Virus record (IMG/VR): IMGVR_UViG_2877182016_000001
Location: 7,888-71,887 of that record
Length of the DNA stretch: 64,000 nt
Source of the DNA: a virus
Strand: one strand, 5' to 3'
Shown: positions 43,588 through 54,641 of the stretch, piece by piece
How the letters are laid out: each line of letters begins with the position of its first letter
Numbering within the stretch: the stretch's first letter is position 1
Translations under genes and position numbers: made by a program
Notes under the pieces: model-generated
Told to the model about the DNA's origin: nothing
The model's input: the letters and a program-made list of their open reading frames with translations, nothing else
Database searches by the model: none

Positions 43588-44063
43588 GCAGGACTGAAAC
43601 CACTGCCATGCTGTCCAAGCTGGTCGAGAAGCGTCTGAAGAATCAGACCGCTTTTTGGGCGAGTGAGGTCAATTTCGACCGGAACACGCCTGACGAGCGG
43701 CGAGTGGATTACGTGGGCTTCAAACCGTGGAATATCAACGGCGAGCCAGTGCCCGCAAGCGTGGAGAAAGGCTGCTTCGGATTCTACGAGGTCAAGTCAT
43801 GCATGGCTGACTTCACAAGCGGCAACGGCCTGACGTTCTACGGCGACCAGAACTATCTGGTCTGCACGAAGGAACTGTGCGACGAGATCGTATGGCAGAA
43901 GATGGTGCCGGAGCGCGTGAACGCGATCCTGACCCCCGATTCGACCGGCTCGAAACTGATTCTCGGCCACGTGCAGTCCAACCACGACCTGTCATACCGG
44001 AGGCGTCCGGCAAGTGAAATCCTGTGGGCAATGGTCAAAGCTAACGGAAAGAGGACTAATTGA
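43584..44063 (+). CDS. MmcB-like/PD-(D/E)XK nuclease
   Basis: EV...RVDY...YEVKSCMADF. Confidence 0.65.
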   Translation: MSRTETTAMLSKLVEKRLKNQTAFWASEVNFDRNTPDERRVDYVGFKPWNINGEPVPASVEKGCFGFYEVKSCMADFTSGNGLTFYGDQNYLVCTKELCDEIVWQKMVPERVNAILTPDSTGSKLILGHVQSNHDLSYRRRPASEILWAMVKANGKRTN

Positions 44064-44377
44064 GTATCGCAGATGATGAAGCCGAGAAGGCGTATCCGAC
44101 CCGCTACTGGAATGAAACACATGTCAAGGAACAGTTTTACTGCGACACTGACGATCTACAGGAAGCGTACCTGCTTGGCCGCAACGCACCACCGGCTGAT
44201 GCCGAGGTCGAAGCAGTGGCGAAAAAACTGTTGTGGTGGGACACGGCACCAGCCTGGAAAGACGTCATGCCCAGTGAGGACTGCTTCTGGAATCAGGCCG
44301 AGCCGGAGATGCGAGCCAATTACATCAGGGACGCTCGGGAAATGCTCGAAATCGCACGGAAGGCGGCAAACGAATGA
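44060..44377 (+). CDS. Phage hypothetical protein
   Basis: EVEAVAKKL motif shared with 1464..1778. Confidence 0.65.
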   Translation: MSIADDEAEKAYPTRYWNETHVKEQFYCDTDDLQEAYLLGRNAPPADAEVEAVAKKLLWWDTAPAWKDVMPSEDCFWNQAEPEMRANYIRDAREMLEIARKAANE

Positions 44378-44547
44378 GCAAGACGATCCGATACGTCGAA
44401 TGCGCCCACTGCGGAGAGGTTGTCGGCACATTCCACGTCACATGCCCCTACTGCGGATACAAGCTGGCCGTGCGCAAGCCGACAGGCATGGACCCGCTGT
44501 ATGGCATGACCGACAGCGAATTCTACAAGCGGTTCGGGAGCATGTGA
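44374..44547 (+). CDS. Small zinc-ribbon protein
   Basis: Homolog of 1775..1948. Confidence 0.7.
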   Translation: MSKTIRYVECAHCGEVVGTFHVTCPYCGYKLAVRKPTGMDPLYGMTDSEFYKRFGSM

Positions 44548-45338
44548 TGGTCAGACGAGGCTACGTGCAGTTGGCGAACGGCTTCTACCTTAACCGTAAG
44601 GTGCGCCGTTTGCGCCGTACCATGCCCTCTGCCATCAGCGCGTTCGTCATCATGCTTTCCTACTGCGGTGACAATCTCACGGACGGTTACGTGGACGATG
44701 ATACTGCGGAATTCGTGCTCGACATCACCGTGCAGGAGCTTGACGCATTGCAGCAGGCCGGATTGATCGAGACCGTGGATGGCGGCTATGTCATCCACGA
44801 TTATCTTGAGCACAACCGGAGTCGTCAGCAGGTGATGGCCAAGCGCAAGCGTGAGCGTGAGCGGTATTCTGCCGAAAGTCTGCCGGCAGAAAGTGCGCAG
44901 ACTGCCGGCAGAATCGAAACAGAATCGGGACAAACACCAGAACACCAGAACACCAGAACCCAAAAGAAAGAGAAAGAAGAATATTCTTCTTCTTTCTCCA
45001 AAGAAACTGGCGCGAAGGATTTCGGTGAATCGCGGGAGTGCGTCGAAACGGACAAGACGCTGGCCGTGGAATATCCGAACCTCGATCTCGAATCCGCATG
45101 GCTCGCATTCGCAGACCGACACCAAGACGAAACCAGAACCGTCAACGACTGGATGCGCCTGTGGAAAGGCTGGTGCCAACGCAGAGCCAACATGAGCGGC
45201 ATACCACCGTCGAAACGACACATACACACGTGGCAGTGCGAACACGTGCTACAGGCGCTCGGACGAGACAAGGAAACCGCCACGCCAGACCAACGAGCCT
45301 GCCAGATGGCGAAACGACTCAACAAGGAGAAATCATGA
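44547..45338 (+). CDS. Phage replication initiator
   Basis: C-terminal half near-identical to 2053..2850; N-terminal half divergent. Confidence 0.7.
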   Translation: MVRRGYVQLANGFYLNRKVRRLRRTMPSAISAFVIMLSYCGDNLTDGYVDDDTAEFVLDITVQELDALQQAGLIETVDGGYVIHDYLEHNRSRQQVMAKRKRERERYSAESLPAESAQTAGRIETESGQTPEHQNTRTQKKEKEEYSSSFSKETGAKDFGESRECVETDKTLAVEYPNLDLESAWLAFADRHQDETRTVNDWMRLWKGWCQRRANMSGIPPSKRHIHTWQCEHVLQALGRDKETATPDQRACQMAKRLNKEKS

Positions 45339-46335
45339 GACACAACGAACAGGTAACCATGTGCAGCTTGGAATGGTTGGAACACGAGCGCCGCAAGGCA
45401 TGGCAGGAAGGCTACGCGGCCGGATGGAAAGACCAGGAATGCGACTTCCCGCAATATACAAGCGAAAACCCATACAAGGAGACGTTCGAGTGAGGCACGA
45501 CCCGTTCAGCGTCCTGTTCGCGGTCACATTGACCGTCAGCCTGTGCGTCGCCCCGATCATCATATTCATCATCGATTAAGGAGTCCAAAAATGAGTGACA
45601 ACGTCAATCACCCAAAGCATTACGAGAACGGCCCGTTCGAATGCATCGAACTGACCCGCCTGCTCAGTTTCGACTGGGGCAACGTGGTCAAATACTGCTA
45701 CCGCTGGCAGTCGAAGAACGGCATCGAAGACTTGAGGAAAGCGCTCTGGTACGCGAACGACGCGGTAATACACGGCATACCGCTCTATGCAGCCACCGGC
45801 TTGTTTGACAAGCGCTATTTTATCTTTTGCCATTCGCTGTTCGGCGCTCTCGCGGACACCGATTGGGCAGGGCTTAAAGACCTTTGGCGGGCATTCGCGA
45901 ACAACCGTTCGAACAAAGACATTCTAACGGCCATCAACAACAAGATCATCGAAATCGAAAAGGACGGTGAATGATGGGCGGATTGGACAAGGTTGAGAAA
46001 ATTATGATTGGCGCACTGGTGGTATTCGTCGCCTCAATGCTCTCCCTGGGGGGATTAGGCATCTATGCGTCTTGGTATGCGGGCACGCATCCCGATTACG
46101 GCATGACGACGGTCAAGACCGGCGACGTGACATGGGTCTGCCTGACCGACCGTGGCAAGACCATCGGCTGCGACACTGTGGAGGAGTACAAGTGAAGAAA
46201 ATACTCGAAAACATGATCATCAAATGGCATCAGGCCGGATACGCGCTCGACGAGATCGCGCCGCTCGTGCCGCAAGTGCCGAAAGCGGAAGTCGCGGCGA
46301 TCATTCACCAGTACGACAAGGAGACTCGACTTTGA
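45335..46335 (+). other. Block of small genes identical to prophage 1 (45335..45493, DUF3310 45591..45974, 45971..46195, 46192..46335)
   Basis: Identical ORF translations at offset 42488. Confidence 0.8.
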
Positions 46336-47087
46336 CCGACTGCCAGCACTGCCGCAAGCCCATGAAACCGGCGGCGGACAATCTGCTCTGCCAAACCTGC
46401 CGTGAAACCTACTGGCAGCTGATCCACCAGCTCGGACACATCCAGCTTCCGACCCTGCGAAGCATTATGCTCCGTCAAGCGCACATCGGCCCCACAGGAC
46501 ACACGCCAAACAAAGGCAACGCGCCACTGCCAATCGACGTCCACGCGCAAGACCTCATCGCAGAATCGGAAGCATGGCTGGCCGAACAGGCAGGCAAAAT
46601 CAGAGCGGCATACGCTGGATACGACTGGCGGAAAGCATGGTATGCCATCATCAGCAACAAACACACCATAGTGACGATGAGCACCGCCGCCGACGACTAC
46701 GCCAGCCTGCAACACATCATCCGACGCAACGAGACAGCCTTAACCCCAGAAGACGAATTGATAATCATCGGCACCTGCCCCAACTGCCACACGCTCCTCA
46801 CCGGCACGCCAGAAGCCGAATCGGTCACATGCCAAGGCTGCCACAGGGAATGGGCCGCGCCAGCAATCAAAGCAGCCCGAGACGAAAGACTATGGCAAAT
46901 GCAAATCACCGGCACACCCAGCGACGCGGCCAAGGAGCTGAAACGATACGGCCTGACCGTATCACGCAACCTCATCAGCCAATGGCTCAAACGCGGCAAA
47001 CTGTCGCACGCCACGCCGACAGAACACAAGCGGCAGTACACGTTCAACCTCGGAGAACTAGCAGCCCTACTTGACTGTCACCGTTGA
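46332..47087 (+). CDS. Zn-finger/HTH probable late regulator
   Basis: Near-identical to 3844..4599. Confidence 0.6.
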   Translation: MTDCQHCRKPMKPAADNLLCQTCRETYWQLIHQLGHIQLPTLRSIMLRQAHIGPTGHTPNKGNAPLPIDVHAQDLIAESEAWLAEQAGKIRAAYAGYDWRKAWYAIISNKHTIVTMSTAADDYASLQHIIRRNETALTPEDELIIIGTCPNCHTLLTGTPEAESVTCQGCHREWAAPAIKAARDERLWQMQITGTPSDAAKELKRYGLTVSRNLISQWLKRGKLSHATPTEHKRQYTFNLGELAALLDCHR

Positions 47088-47186
47088 AATGCTATACTGT
47101 CGTATGTTCGTAGAATGGTTCAGCCGGAAACGGTTGGACCATTATTCATATCCAGCTGCATTCGCTATAATCATCTCTGTCCGGTC

Positions 47187-47336
47187 TGTCCGGCATGGAG
47201 CCACTAGCAACCCTTGGAGCCGTCGCACCGAAGGACGTCGACCATGGCGGCGACACCCGTTGTGTCGGTAGCCCATGAATCGGGGGTGGCCAGCTGGGGG
47301 ACCTTCGCGGGAGACGTACCCCAGACATGCCGGACA
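47187..47336 (+). ncRNA. Second copy of the candidate 150-nt structured RNA
   Basis: Identical by eye to 4690..4839; preceded by a 9-nt duplication TCTGTCCGG. Confidence 0.55.
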
Positions 47337-47364
47337 TCACAGCCATGGAAGGCGGCAAGGCCAC

Positions 47365-47895
47365 ATGAGTCTCCGCAGATGCGCCTGGCACAACTGCCCA
47401 CAACTCGTCAAACAAGGCACACGCTTCTGCGCCATCCACACACACGCATACGAGCGGCAGCGTGGCAGCTCAACAGCAAGAGGATACGACGCAGCACACC
47501 GCCACCTCCGCAGGGCATGGGAGGCACGACTGGCCACAGGCGAAACACACACCTGCGCCAAATGCGGACAGCCAGTCACGGCCACAGACCAATGGGACCT
47601 CGGCCACACAGACAACAGACAAAGCTGGACAGGGCCAGAACATCGCAGCTGCAACAGGAAAGACGGCCAACACAAAGCAACCGCAAGCATCGAACACTGG
47701 ACACGACACCAAGCCAAGCCACAGCAGCAACCACAGTCGCAGCCAACAGGCAAACCGCAAACACAAACACGACACGACACAACACAAACGAACCAAACAC
47801 AAGCGGACAAGCCAAACAAGCACACGCAACAAAAACAACAAAACACACGCCAAAACAGGAAAAAATACGATCAACCAACCCGCCAACGCCCCTAG
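47365..47895 (+). CDS. HNH-like endonuclease with low-complexity tail
   Basis: CAKCG...WDLGH...GPEHRSCN. Confidence 0.75.
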   Translation: MSLRRCAWHNCPQLVKQGTRFCAIHTHAYERQRGSSTARGYDAAHRHLRRAWEARLATGETHTCAKCGQPVTATDQWDLGHTDNRQSWTGPEHRSCNRKDGQHKATASIEHWTRHQAKPQQQPQSQPTGKPQTQTRHDTTQTNQTQADKPNKHTQQKQQNTRQNRKKYDQPTRQRP

Positions 47896-48017
47896 GGGGG
47901 TACCCCGAACGGCAAGGCCAAGACCGCCGGTGAGGGGACTCGCAAGTTCGCGGATAGTTCAAGATTTGACGGACTGGCCGAGTCTGTAATTTTTCCGGTT
48001 CGAGGATTGGAGGTCGC

Positions 48018-48581
48018 ATGGCGACGCATGGCGGCGCACGCACACGCTCCGGTCCGATGCCGGATCCTTCCAGCGCACGATCTGACGCGCGCGGATTGGG
48101 TGCCGACATCATTCCGCTTTCGTCTCGCGGATACCATTACCGCCCGAAGGCTTTTCCACTGTCCGAGTGGACGATTTGGGACACTTGGAAGGATGACGAC
48201 GGTTTCCATAAGGAGCGTGACGAGAAGGCTACGGAGGCGTGGAATCGGCGTGAGCGTGAATTGTGGCGTGACCTGTGGCGGTTGCCGCAGGCTATCGCAT
48301 GGCATATGCCGCGTTATGGATACATGTTCACGACGATCGCGCTCTATGTGCGCCAGTTCGTGCTTTGCGAGTCTTCGGAGGCGAAGGCCGCTGACCGTAC
48401 CGCGCTTGCACGGTATGCCGACACCATCGGTTTGACTCCGCAAGGCCTTCGTTTGAATGGTTGGGCGATTGTCGATGACGAGCCGAAGCCGAAACGCTCA
48501 ACAGAATCTTCTGACAAGATCATCCCGTTCAAGAGCGCGAAGCAGCGGTGGCTTGAGAATCAGAAAGAGGATGCGGAATGA
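48018..48581 (+). CDS. terS: Terminase small subunit
   Basis: HGGARTRSGPMPDP; distant homolog of 5603..6154. Confidence 0.75.
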   Translation: MATHGGARTRSGPMPDPSSARSDARGLGADIIPLSSRGYHYRPKAFPLSEWTIWDTWKDDDGFHKERDEKATEAWNRRERELWRDLWRLPQAIAWHMPRYGYMFTTIALYVRQFVLCESSEAKAADRTALARYADTIGLTPQGLRLNGWAIVDDEPKPKRSTESSDKIIPFKSAKQRWLENQKEDAE

Positions 48582-50203
48582 GCGAGCAGAAAGAGCCGGT
48601 CGTTCCGAAGTCCCTTGGTTTCCTCTTTGCTGACTGGATTGCCGCGCACTGTGTTGTGCCTAATGGCTATGATCTGGGCAAGCCGTTTGAGCTTGTGGGC
48701 TGGCAGTTGGACAATGCGATTGATTTTTATCGGGTGAAGCCTGATGCGGTGTATGATCCGGCTCGGCCTCGTCAGGCTGCGGCGTTCAAGTGGCGTCGTG
48801 GTCAGATTGTCGGCGGTCAGAAGCTAGGCAAGTCGCCTTTCGGTGCGGCTGTTGCTGCTTTTGAGGGTGTCGGCCCATGCGTGTTCTGTGGATGGGCCAA
48901 AGGCGGCGAGACGTTCCGCTGCTCCGACTGGGGTTGCTCGTGCGGTTTCGAATACGTGTATTCTTCGGGTGAGCCGATGGGCATGCCGCGTCGTACAGCT
49001 TTGATTCAGCTGCTCGCCACTTCGGAAGAGCAGACTGCGAACGTCTACCGTCCTTTGCAGTCGATGGTGCGCAATGGCCACCTGTCCGATTTGATGAAGG
49101 TGCGTGAAGGTTTCATCCGGTTGCCTAATGGTGGCCGTATCGACCCTGTGACGGCTTCGGCGCACTCGAAGCTGGGTAATCCGGTGAACTTCGTCCTTGG
49201 TGACGAATCCGGCATCTGGACTAGGCGCAGCGGCATGTTCGAGGTTGGTGACACGGTTATGCGTGGCGCTATGGCCATGGATGGAAGAATGCTTGAGCTG
49301 ACGAATCCGTGGGATCCGATGGACGCCAGTTTTGGCCAGATGACCTACGAGAGCACGGCGTCGGACATCATGAAGTTCTTTCCGAAGCATGACCCCTCAT
49401 TGGATTTCGCGGATCCGCAGGACAGGCGGAAGATTCTCGAATTCGTCTATTCCGGTTCGCCGTGGGTGCCGCTCGATCAGGTCGAAGCGACCGCTACCGA
49501 GTTGATGGCCCGTGATCCGGCGCAGGCTCGACGTTTCTACGGCTGTGAGATCGTGCAGGGTTTGGGCTCGTATATGCCTGAGCCGCTTTACGATGGCACG
49601 ATGGTTGACCGTCAGCCACCTGAGCCGGGGGCTGAGATTTGTCTTGGCTTCGATGGCTCGCAATCCGGTGACTGGACGGCATTGCGTGCGGAGACCGTGG
49701 ATGGCTGGCGTTGGACGCCGACGTACGGGCCGTCAAATCGTCCGGCGTATTGGAATCCGGTTGAGTGGGAGGGTCGCATACCGCGAAGCGAGGTCGACGC
49801 CTGCGTGTCAGAAATGTTCGGCAGGTACAAGGTGCAGCGCTTCTACTGCGATCCGCATCCGTGGGAGTCGCAGGTGGACGAGTGGGCATGCCGCTTTGGC
49901 GAGGACATCGTGGTGCCTTGGCCGACGAACCGAATAGGGCGCATGTTCGACGCGCTCACCCGTTTCATGGAGGATACCGCCGACCATTCCACGACGCATT
50001 CCAATGATCGCATGGCCAGACTGCACATGATGGCGGCAAGGAAGGTCGCCAAGCCAGGCGACAAGTACGTGCTCGGCAAGCCGAGCGAGAATCAGAAGAT
50101 CGATATAACCATGGCCGACATCCTCGCGCACGAGGCGGCGTCCGACATGAGGGCGCTCGGCTGGAGCGCAGGCGGCTCGCCGGTCATGGTGTACGGCTGG
50201 TAA
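48578..50203 (+). CDS. terL: Terminase large subunit (single ORF)
   Basis: GGQKLGKS, VLGDE, CLGFDGS, KID. Confidence 0.9.
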   Translation: MSEQKEPVVPKSLGFLFADWIAAHCVVPNGYDLGKPFELVGWQLDNAIDFYRVKPDAVYDPARPRQAAAFKWRRGQIVGGQKLGKSPFGAAVAAFEGVGPCVFCGWAKGGETFRCSDWGCSCGFEYVYSSGEPMGMPRRTALIQLLATSEEQTANVYRPLQSMVRNGHLSDLMKVREGFIRLPNGGRIDPVTASAHSKLGNPVNFVLGDESGIWTRRSGMFEVGDTVMRGAMAMDGRMLELTNPWDPMDASFGQMTYESTASDIMKFFPKHDPSLDFADPQDRRKILEFVYSGSPWVPLDQVEATATELMARDPAQARRFYGCEIVQGLGSYMPEPLYDGTMVDRQPPEPGAEICLGFDGSQSGDWTALRAETVDGWRWTPTYGPSNRPAYWNPVEWEGRIPRSEVDACVSEMFGRYKVQRFYCDPHPWESQVDEWACRFGEDIVVPWPTNRIGRMFDALTRFMEDTADHSTTHSNDRMARLHMMAARKVAKPGDKYVLGKPSENQKIDITMADILAHEAASDMRALGWSAGGSPVMVYGW

Positions 50204-50213
50204 GGAGGCTGTT

Positions 50214-51668
50214 GTGGAGCTGATACAGGCATCGAGGCTTTCCGACGATGACGCGAAGCTTATCAGGAGCCTCACCTACAGGCTTGCACGACTGCGCAAG
50301 CCTCATAGGCAGTGGGATGATTATTATCGCGGACGGCAGGTCATCCAGAGCATCGGCATCGCCGTGCCGGCCGAACTCCGTTCATTCGTTTTTCCGCTGA
50401 ATTGGCCGCGCATCGTGGTCGATAGCGTCGTGCAGCGCCAGCAGGTCAAATCCTTCTCCGTGCCGAATGACGACAAGGTGTCAAACGAGCTGCGCGAGCT
50501 TTGGGAATACAACAACATGGAATCGCAGCAGGTGCTTTTGCACACGGAGACACGCGTGCAGGGCCACGGCTTCGTATGCGTCGGCGCGAATCCGAAGGAC
50601 AGACGGCATCCACTGATCACCGTCGAATCATCCAGGAACATGATCGCGCGCATCGACCCGCGCACGAGAACCGTCGAATCGGCGCTCCGCGTCTATTTCG
50701 ACCCTTGGGAGAACGGGACGCCGGACTACGCGACGCTGTACACGCCCGAATACACGCTCTGGCTGGAGAAACAGCACGGCAAGTGGGTCATGACCGGCCG
50801 CGACGACCACCACCTCGGCGTCGTCCCTGTTGTGCAGTTCCTCAACCGTCCGCGCGCCGGCGACTTCCTTGGCGAGAGCGAGATGGCCGACGTGGTGCGG
50901 CCGACAGACATGGCCGCACGCGCCATCCTCGACCTGCAGATCGCCATGGAAACTCACGCGGTGCCAGGCAAATGGGCGATCGGCGTCACACACAACGACT
51001 TCATCGACGCGAAGACCGGACAGCCGGCATCGGCGATAAAGACCTATTTCAACTCGATGCTCACCTCCAAGAACGCGAACGCGAAATTCGGCCAGTTCAC
51101 GGCATCCGACCTGTCGAACTTCAAGACGGTCATCGACCTGCTGAGCGAGCAGATGAGCGCCATCACCGGTCTTCCGATGCGTTATTTCGGAATGAATACA
51201 GCCAATCCAGCAGCCGAGGGAGCCATCCGCGCCGACGAGCTGAGACTGGTGAAGAACGTCGAGCTGAAGAACGCCGTCGACGGCGATGCGTGGTCGCAGG
51301 TCATGGCCGTGGCGCACAAGCTCGCCACCAGCGACGACATTAACGCGAACCTGGTGCGCTGCGACTGGGAGGATCCGAACACGCCTACCTACGCGCAGCG
51401 TGCGGATGCGATCACGAAGCTCATGGCGTCCGGCATCCTTTCCCGTGAGGGGGCATGGGACGAGCTTGGCTGGAGCGAGGCCCGCAAGGACAAGGAGCGC
51501 GAGTACTTCGCCAAGCAGATCAGCGAATCCTATGGCCAATTCATGAAGGACGTGGACTATGGCGGCGATGGCTGGGCAGACGCTTCCACAGGAGGCGACG
51601 GCGCAGAACCGTCTGCTGCGCAGTCGAAGCAACCGGCTGGCCGCGACGGTGCTCAGACTGTGGCATAA
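50214..51668 (+). CDS. Portal protein (SPP1 Gp6-like)
   Basis: HHLGVVPVVQFLN...GESE motif. Confidence 0.85.
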   Translation: MELIQASRLSDDDAKLIRSLTYRLARLRKPHRQWDDYYRGRQVIQSIGIAVPAELRSFVFPLNWPRIVVDSVVQRQQVKSFSVPNDDKVSNELRELWEYNNMESQQVLLHTETRVQGHGFVCVGANPKDRRHPLITVESSRNMIARIDPRTRTVESALRVYFDPWENGTPDYATLYTPEYTLWLEKQHGKWVMTGRDDHHLGVVPVVQFLNRPRAGDFLGESEMADVVRPTDMAARAILDLQIAMETHAVPGKWAIGVTHNDFIDAKTGQPASAIKTYFNSMLTSKNANAKFGQFTASDLSNFKTVIDLLSEQMSAITGLPMRYFGMNTANPAAEGAIRADELRLVKNVELKNAVDGDAWSQVMAVAHKLATSDDINANLVRCDWEDPNTPTYAQRADAITKLMASGILSREGAWDELGWSEARKDKEREYFAKQISESYGQFMKDVDYGGDGWADASTGGDGAEPSAAQSKQPAGRDGAQTVA

Positions 51669-52569
51669 GCACGCGCAACCAGACTTCGACCTCGCCTTCG
51701 CGGACATGATGCCTGAACTTTTCCGCGTATTGGACACGGCGCAATACCACACCGCCGCCGACGCGATCGCATCGACGCCGAAAATCATGGAACGCTTCGG
51801 CGTGAACACAGCACACCCGGAATACAAGCCGGATCCATGGCAGTGGGTCGGCGTGAACGGTAACGGCATGGATACCGTGGACGCGATGTGGACGGCGATT
51901 ACCATCGGCAAGCGGGCCGTATCCAACGGCGCTCCGGTGGACGTGGCCATGGACCGCATAGGCGTGACCTTGGTGCTCAGGACGCGCACCATGCTGGCGG
52001 ACACTCACCGGTCGTCCACAAGCATGACCGCTCGCGGCATCTGCTACCAATCCACCTACGTGCGCGGCCTGACACCGCCGAGCTGCGGAAGATGCGTCAT
52101 CCTCGCCGGACAGCCATGCGGCAAGACGCCTTTCGAAAGGCATCCGCACTGCGACTGCATCGCCGTCTACACCGGTCCGAAAGCACCGGCAAACGCATGC
52201 ACCAGTCCGAACGAATACCTCGACAGTCTCTCCGACGACCAGCTCGCCAAAGTCCTTGGCGGAAGGGCCAACGCCCGAGCCTACGCGGACGGAGCCGACC
52301 TCAACCAGCTGGTTAACGCCCAACGCGGCATCCGCACCGCCCAGATCGACGGGCGGAACATCAAGTACACGACCGAGGGCACCACGCGCCACGGACTCGC
52401 CGCATCACGCATGATCGACTCCGGATACGCCAAGGAATTCGTCAAGAACGGCGGCCGGTACACAAAGGTCGACAGGCCGCGTCTCATGCCCGAGACCATT
52501 TACGCACGCTGCGGCGACGATCATGAGAAGGCCTTGGGCATGCTCTACAAGTACGGCTGGATCCTCTAG
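51559..52569 (+). CDS. Minor head/maturation protein (MuF-like)
   Basis: CGRCVILAG...RHPHCDC. Confidence 0.7.
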   Translation: MAAMAGQTLPQEATAQNRLLRSRSNRLAATVLRLWHKHAQPDFDLAFADMMPELFRVLDTAQYHTAADAIASTPKIMERFGVNTAHPEYKPDPWQWVGVNGNGMDTVDAMWTAITIGKRAVSNGAPVDVAMDRIGVTLVLRTRTMLADTHRSSTSMTARGICYQSTYVRGLTPPSCGRCVILAGQPCGKTPFERHPHCDCIAVYTGPKAPANACTSPNEYLDSLSDDQLAKVLGGRANARAYADGADLNQLVNAQRGIRTAQIDGRNIKYTTEGTTRHGLAASRMIDSGYAKEFVKNGGRYTKVDRPRLMPETIYARCGDDHEKALGMLYKYGWIL

Positions 52570-52656
52570 CCGAAATCGAATTTTTCACCGGCATCGCGAT
52601 GGTGTCGGCGCCGGCACGCGATGTGACGGCCAAGGAAACCACAAGGAGAAAACACA

Positions 52657-53199
52657 ATGCATAGGAAATGGTGGAATCTCATCCGCATCCGCACCATCGA
52701 GACCGGTGCTGAACCGGGCGGCGGAGAGCCGCCGCAGCCGGAGCCGCCGCAATCCGACCCACAGGCGAATACCGGCGGCGAAGGCGACGAGAAGCTCGGC
52801 GAACACGGCATGACCGCGCTCAAGAACGAGCGCCGGGCCAACAAGTCGCTGCGCGAACAGCTCGCCGCCGCGAACGCCAGAATCAAAGAGTTCGAGGATC
52901 GCGACAAGACCGACGCGGAAAAGGCCAGCGAGAGGATCGCCAGCCTGGAGAAGTCCAACACCGGCAATGCCGCGAAGGCACTGCGATACGAGGTCGCCGT
53001 CGACAAGCAATTGCCGAAGGTCTTGGCGGAACGTCTGCAGGGATCCACTCGCGAGGAGCTGGAAGCCGATGCGGACAGCCTGCTGAAGCTCGTCAGCGTG
53101 CAGAACAAGCCGAACGTCAAGCCCGACCCGAGCCAGGGCAAGGGCGGCGACCCGAAGCCGCACAGTCTCTCCGAAGCCATTTCCGCATATTACAAGTAA
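52657..53199 (+). CDS. Scaffolding protein
   Basis: ALKNERRA coiled coil; G.T.EELEADA. Confidence 0.75.
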   Translation: MHRKWWNLIRIRTIETGAEPGGGEPPQPEPPQSDPQANTGGEGDEKLGEHGMTALKNERRANKSLREQLAAANARIKEFEDRDKTDAEKASERIASLEKSNTGNAAKALRYEVAVDKQLPKVLAERLQGSTREELEADADSLLKLVSVQNKPNVKPDPSQGKGGDPKPHSLSEAISAYYK

Positions 53200-53226
53200 C
53201 CGATTCCTTAGGAAGGAGACAACCTT

Positions 53227-54204
53227 ATGGCTGTCACTCTCGCAGAGGCGAAGAACAACGCCCTCGAAGACTACGACCCTTTCGTCATCGACGAATTTCG
53301 AAAGTCCAGCGTCATCCTCGATTCCCTCATCTTCGATGATGCCGTGAACCCCGCAGGAGGCGGCGCGACGCTCGACTACTCCTACCGTCGGCAGGAGACC
53401 CAGCCCACCGCCGAATTCCGCGCCATCAACACGGAATACTCGCCGAGCACCACCACGACCAAGAAGTACAGCACCACACTCGCCGTGCTCGGCGGCGCCT
53501 TCGAGATCGACCGAATCCTCGCGAACGTCGGCCCGAAGGGATCCGACGAGGTGACACGCAACATCAACGAGAAGGTGAAGGCCGCGATAACCCTGTTCCA
53601 GGATACCGTGATCAACGGCGACGTTGGCGTGAACGATAAGGCCTTCGACGGCCTGGACAAGGCGCTCACCGGCTCAAGCACCGAGATGAAGCCCACCTCC
53701 GGCACCTACGACTGGACCGACCTCGAAGGAGAGAAGGGCAACAAGGCCATCGACACGCTCGACGAGTTCCTCGACCTGCTTGACGGCACGCCGACCATCG
53801 TGGTCGGCAACAAGAAGGCCCTTGCCCGCGTCCGTGCCATGGTGCGCCGCACCAGCATGTACGTGCGCGAGCCGATCGATGGTCTCGCCAACGCGAACGG
53901 CCGTCCGATCAGCCGCGAATCCTATGGCGGCATTCTCTTCGCCGACGCCGGAGAGAAGGCCGGCAGCAACGATCCGATCATCCCCATCGCCACCGACGGC
54001 ACCACCAGCCTGTACGCGTACCGCGTCGGCTTGGACGGCTTCTGCGGCATCACCACCACCGACGGCACCCTCGTGAAGACCTGGCTGCCTGACTTCACCC
54101 AGCCGGGCGCAGTGCATCGCGGCGAGGTTGAACTTGGTCCAGTCGGCGTCGCATTGAAGGCCACCAAGGCCGCTGGCGTGCTCCGTAAGATCAAGGTCAG
54201 GTGA
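53227..54204 (+). CDS. Major capsid protein (different family from prophage 1)
   Basis: MAVTLAEAK, FRAIN..Y, LGGAFEIDR, FDGL. Confidence 0.85.
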   Translation: MAVTLAEAKNNALEDYDPFVIDEFRKSSVILDSLIFDDAVNPAGGGATLDYSYRRQETQPTAEFRAINTEYSPSTTTTKKYSTTLAVLGGAFEIDRILANVGPKGSDEVTRNINEKVKAAITLFQDTVINGDVGVNDKAFDGLDKALTGSSTEMKPTSGTYDWTDLEGEKGNKAIDTLDEFLDLLDGTPTIVVGNKKALARVRAMVRRTSMYVREPIDGLANANGRPISRESYGGILFADAGEKAGSNDPIIPIATDGTTSLYAYRVGLDGFCGITTTDGTLVKTWLPDFTQPGAVHRGEVELGPVGVALKATKAAGVLRKIKVR

Positions 54205-54419
54205 TCATGATGTGGCGAATCGAAGCTCCGAATAATGAGTACAACGGCGTCACCGCCGGCGTGACCTTCGTCGGTGGCGTCGGTGAGACCGATGTGGATC
54301 CGTCCGACTATTTCCAGCGTCACGGCTACACGGTGGCCGAGGTGCAGGCCGACGAACCGAGCACGGTCGCCGACGCCGCGAAGCCGAAGAAGAAGACCAG
54401 TGAGAAGGATGGTGAATGA
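54201..54419 (+). CDS. Small head-associated protein
   Basis: Follows the capsid gene. Confidence 0.6.
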   Translation: MIMMWRIEAPNNEYNGVTAGVTFVGGVGETDVDPSDYFQRHGYTVAEVQADEPSTVADAAKPKKKTSEKDGE

Positions 54420-54637
54420 TGAAGGAGACCAAGAACGGACGCCGCGAGAACGTGATCCCGGCAAGCGCGGTGTATGTGCCGCAGCCGGGCGGCGCAGCTA
54501 AGCCGCTAGATACGGTGCTGTCCGGCATGCCCGCCAAGCAGGCTGCTGCGGTGGGGAACGCCACCACAGGTCAGGAGATGGCCACCATCAACGCTTTGCT
54601 GGCCAGCCTGCGCAACGCCGGTATCATCGCGAAGTGA
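54416..54637 (+). CDS. Head fibre/decoration-like protein
   Basis: INALLASLRNAGII C-terminal motif. Confidence 0.65.
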   Translation: MMKETKNGRRENVIPASAVYVPQPGGAAKPLDTVLSGMPAKQAAAVGNATTGQEMATINALLASLRNAGIIAK

Positions 54638-54641
54638 TTCC

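Noticed and set aside
44073..44546. N-terminal extension making a 421-aa replication protein
   Set aside because: It overlaps two real genes in other frames; the homolog at 2053 supports a start at 44547.
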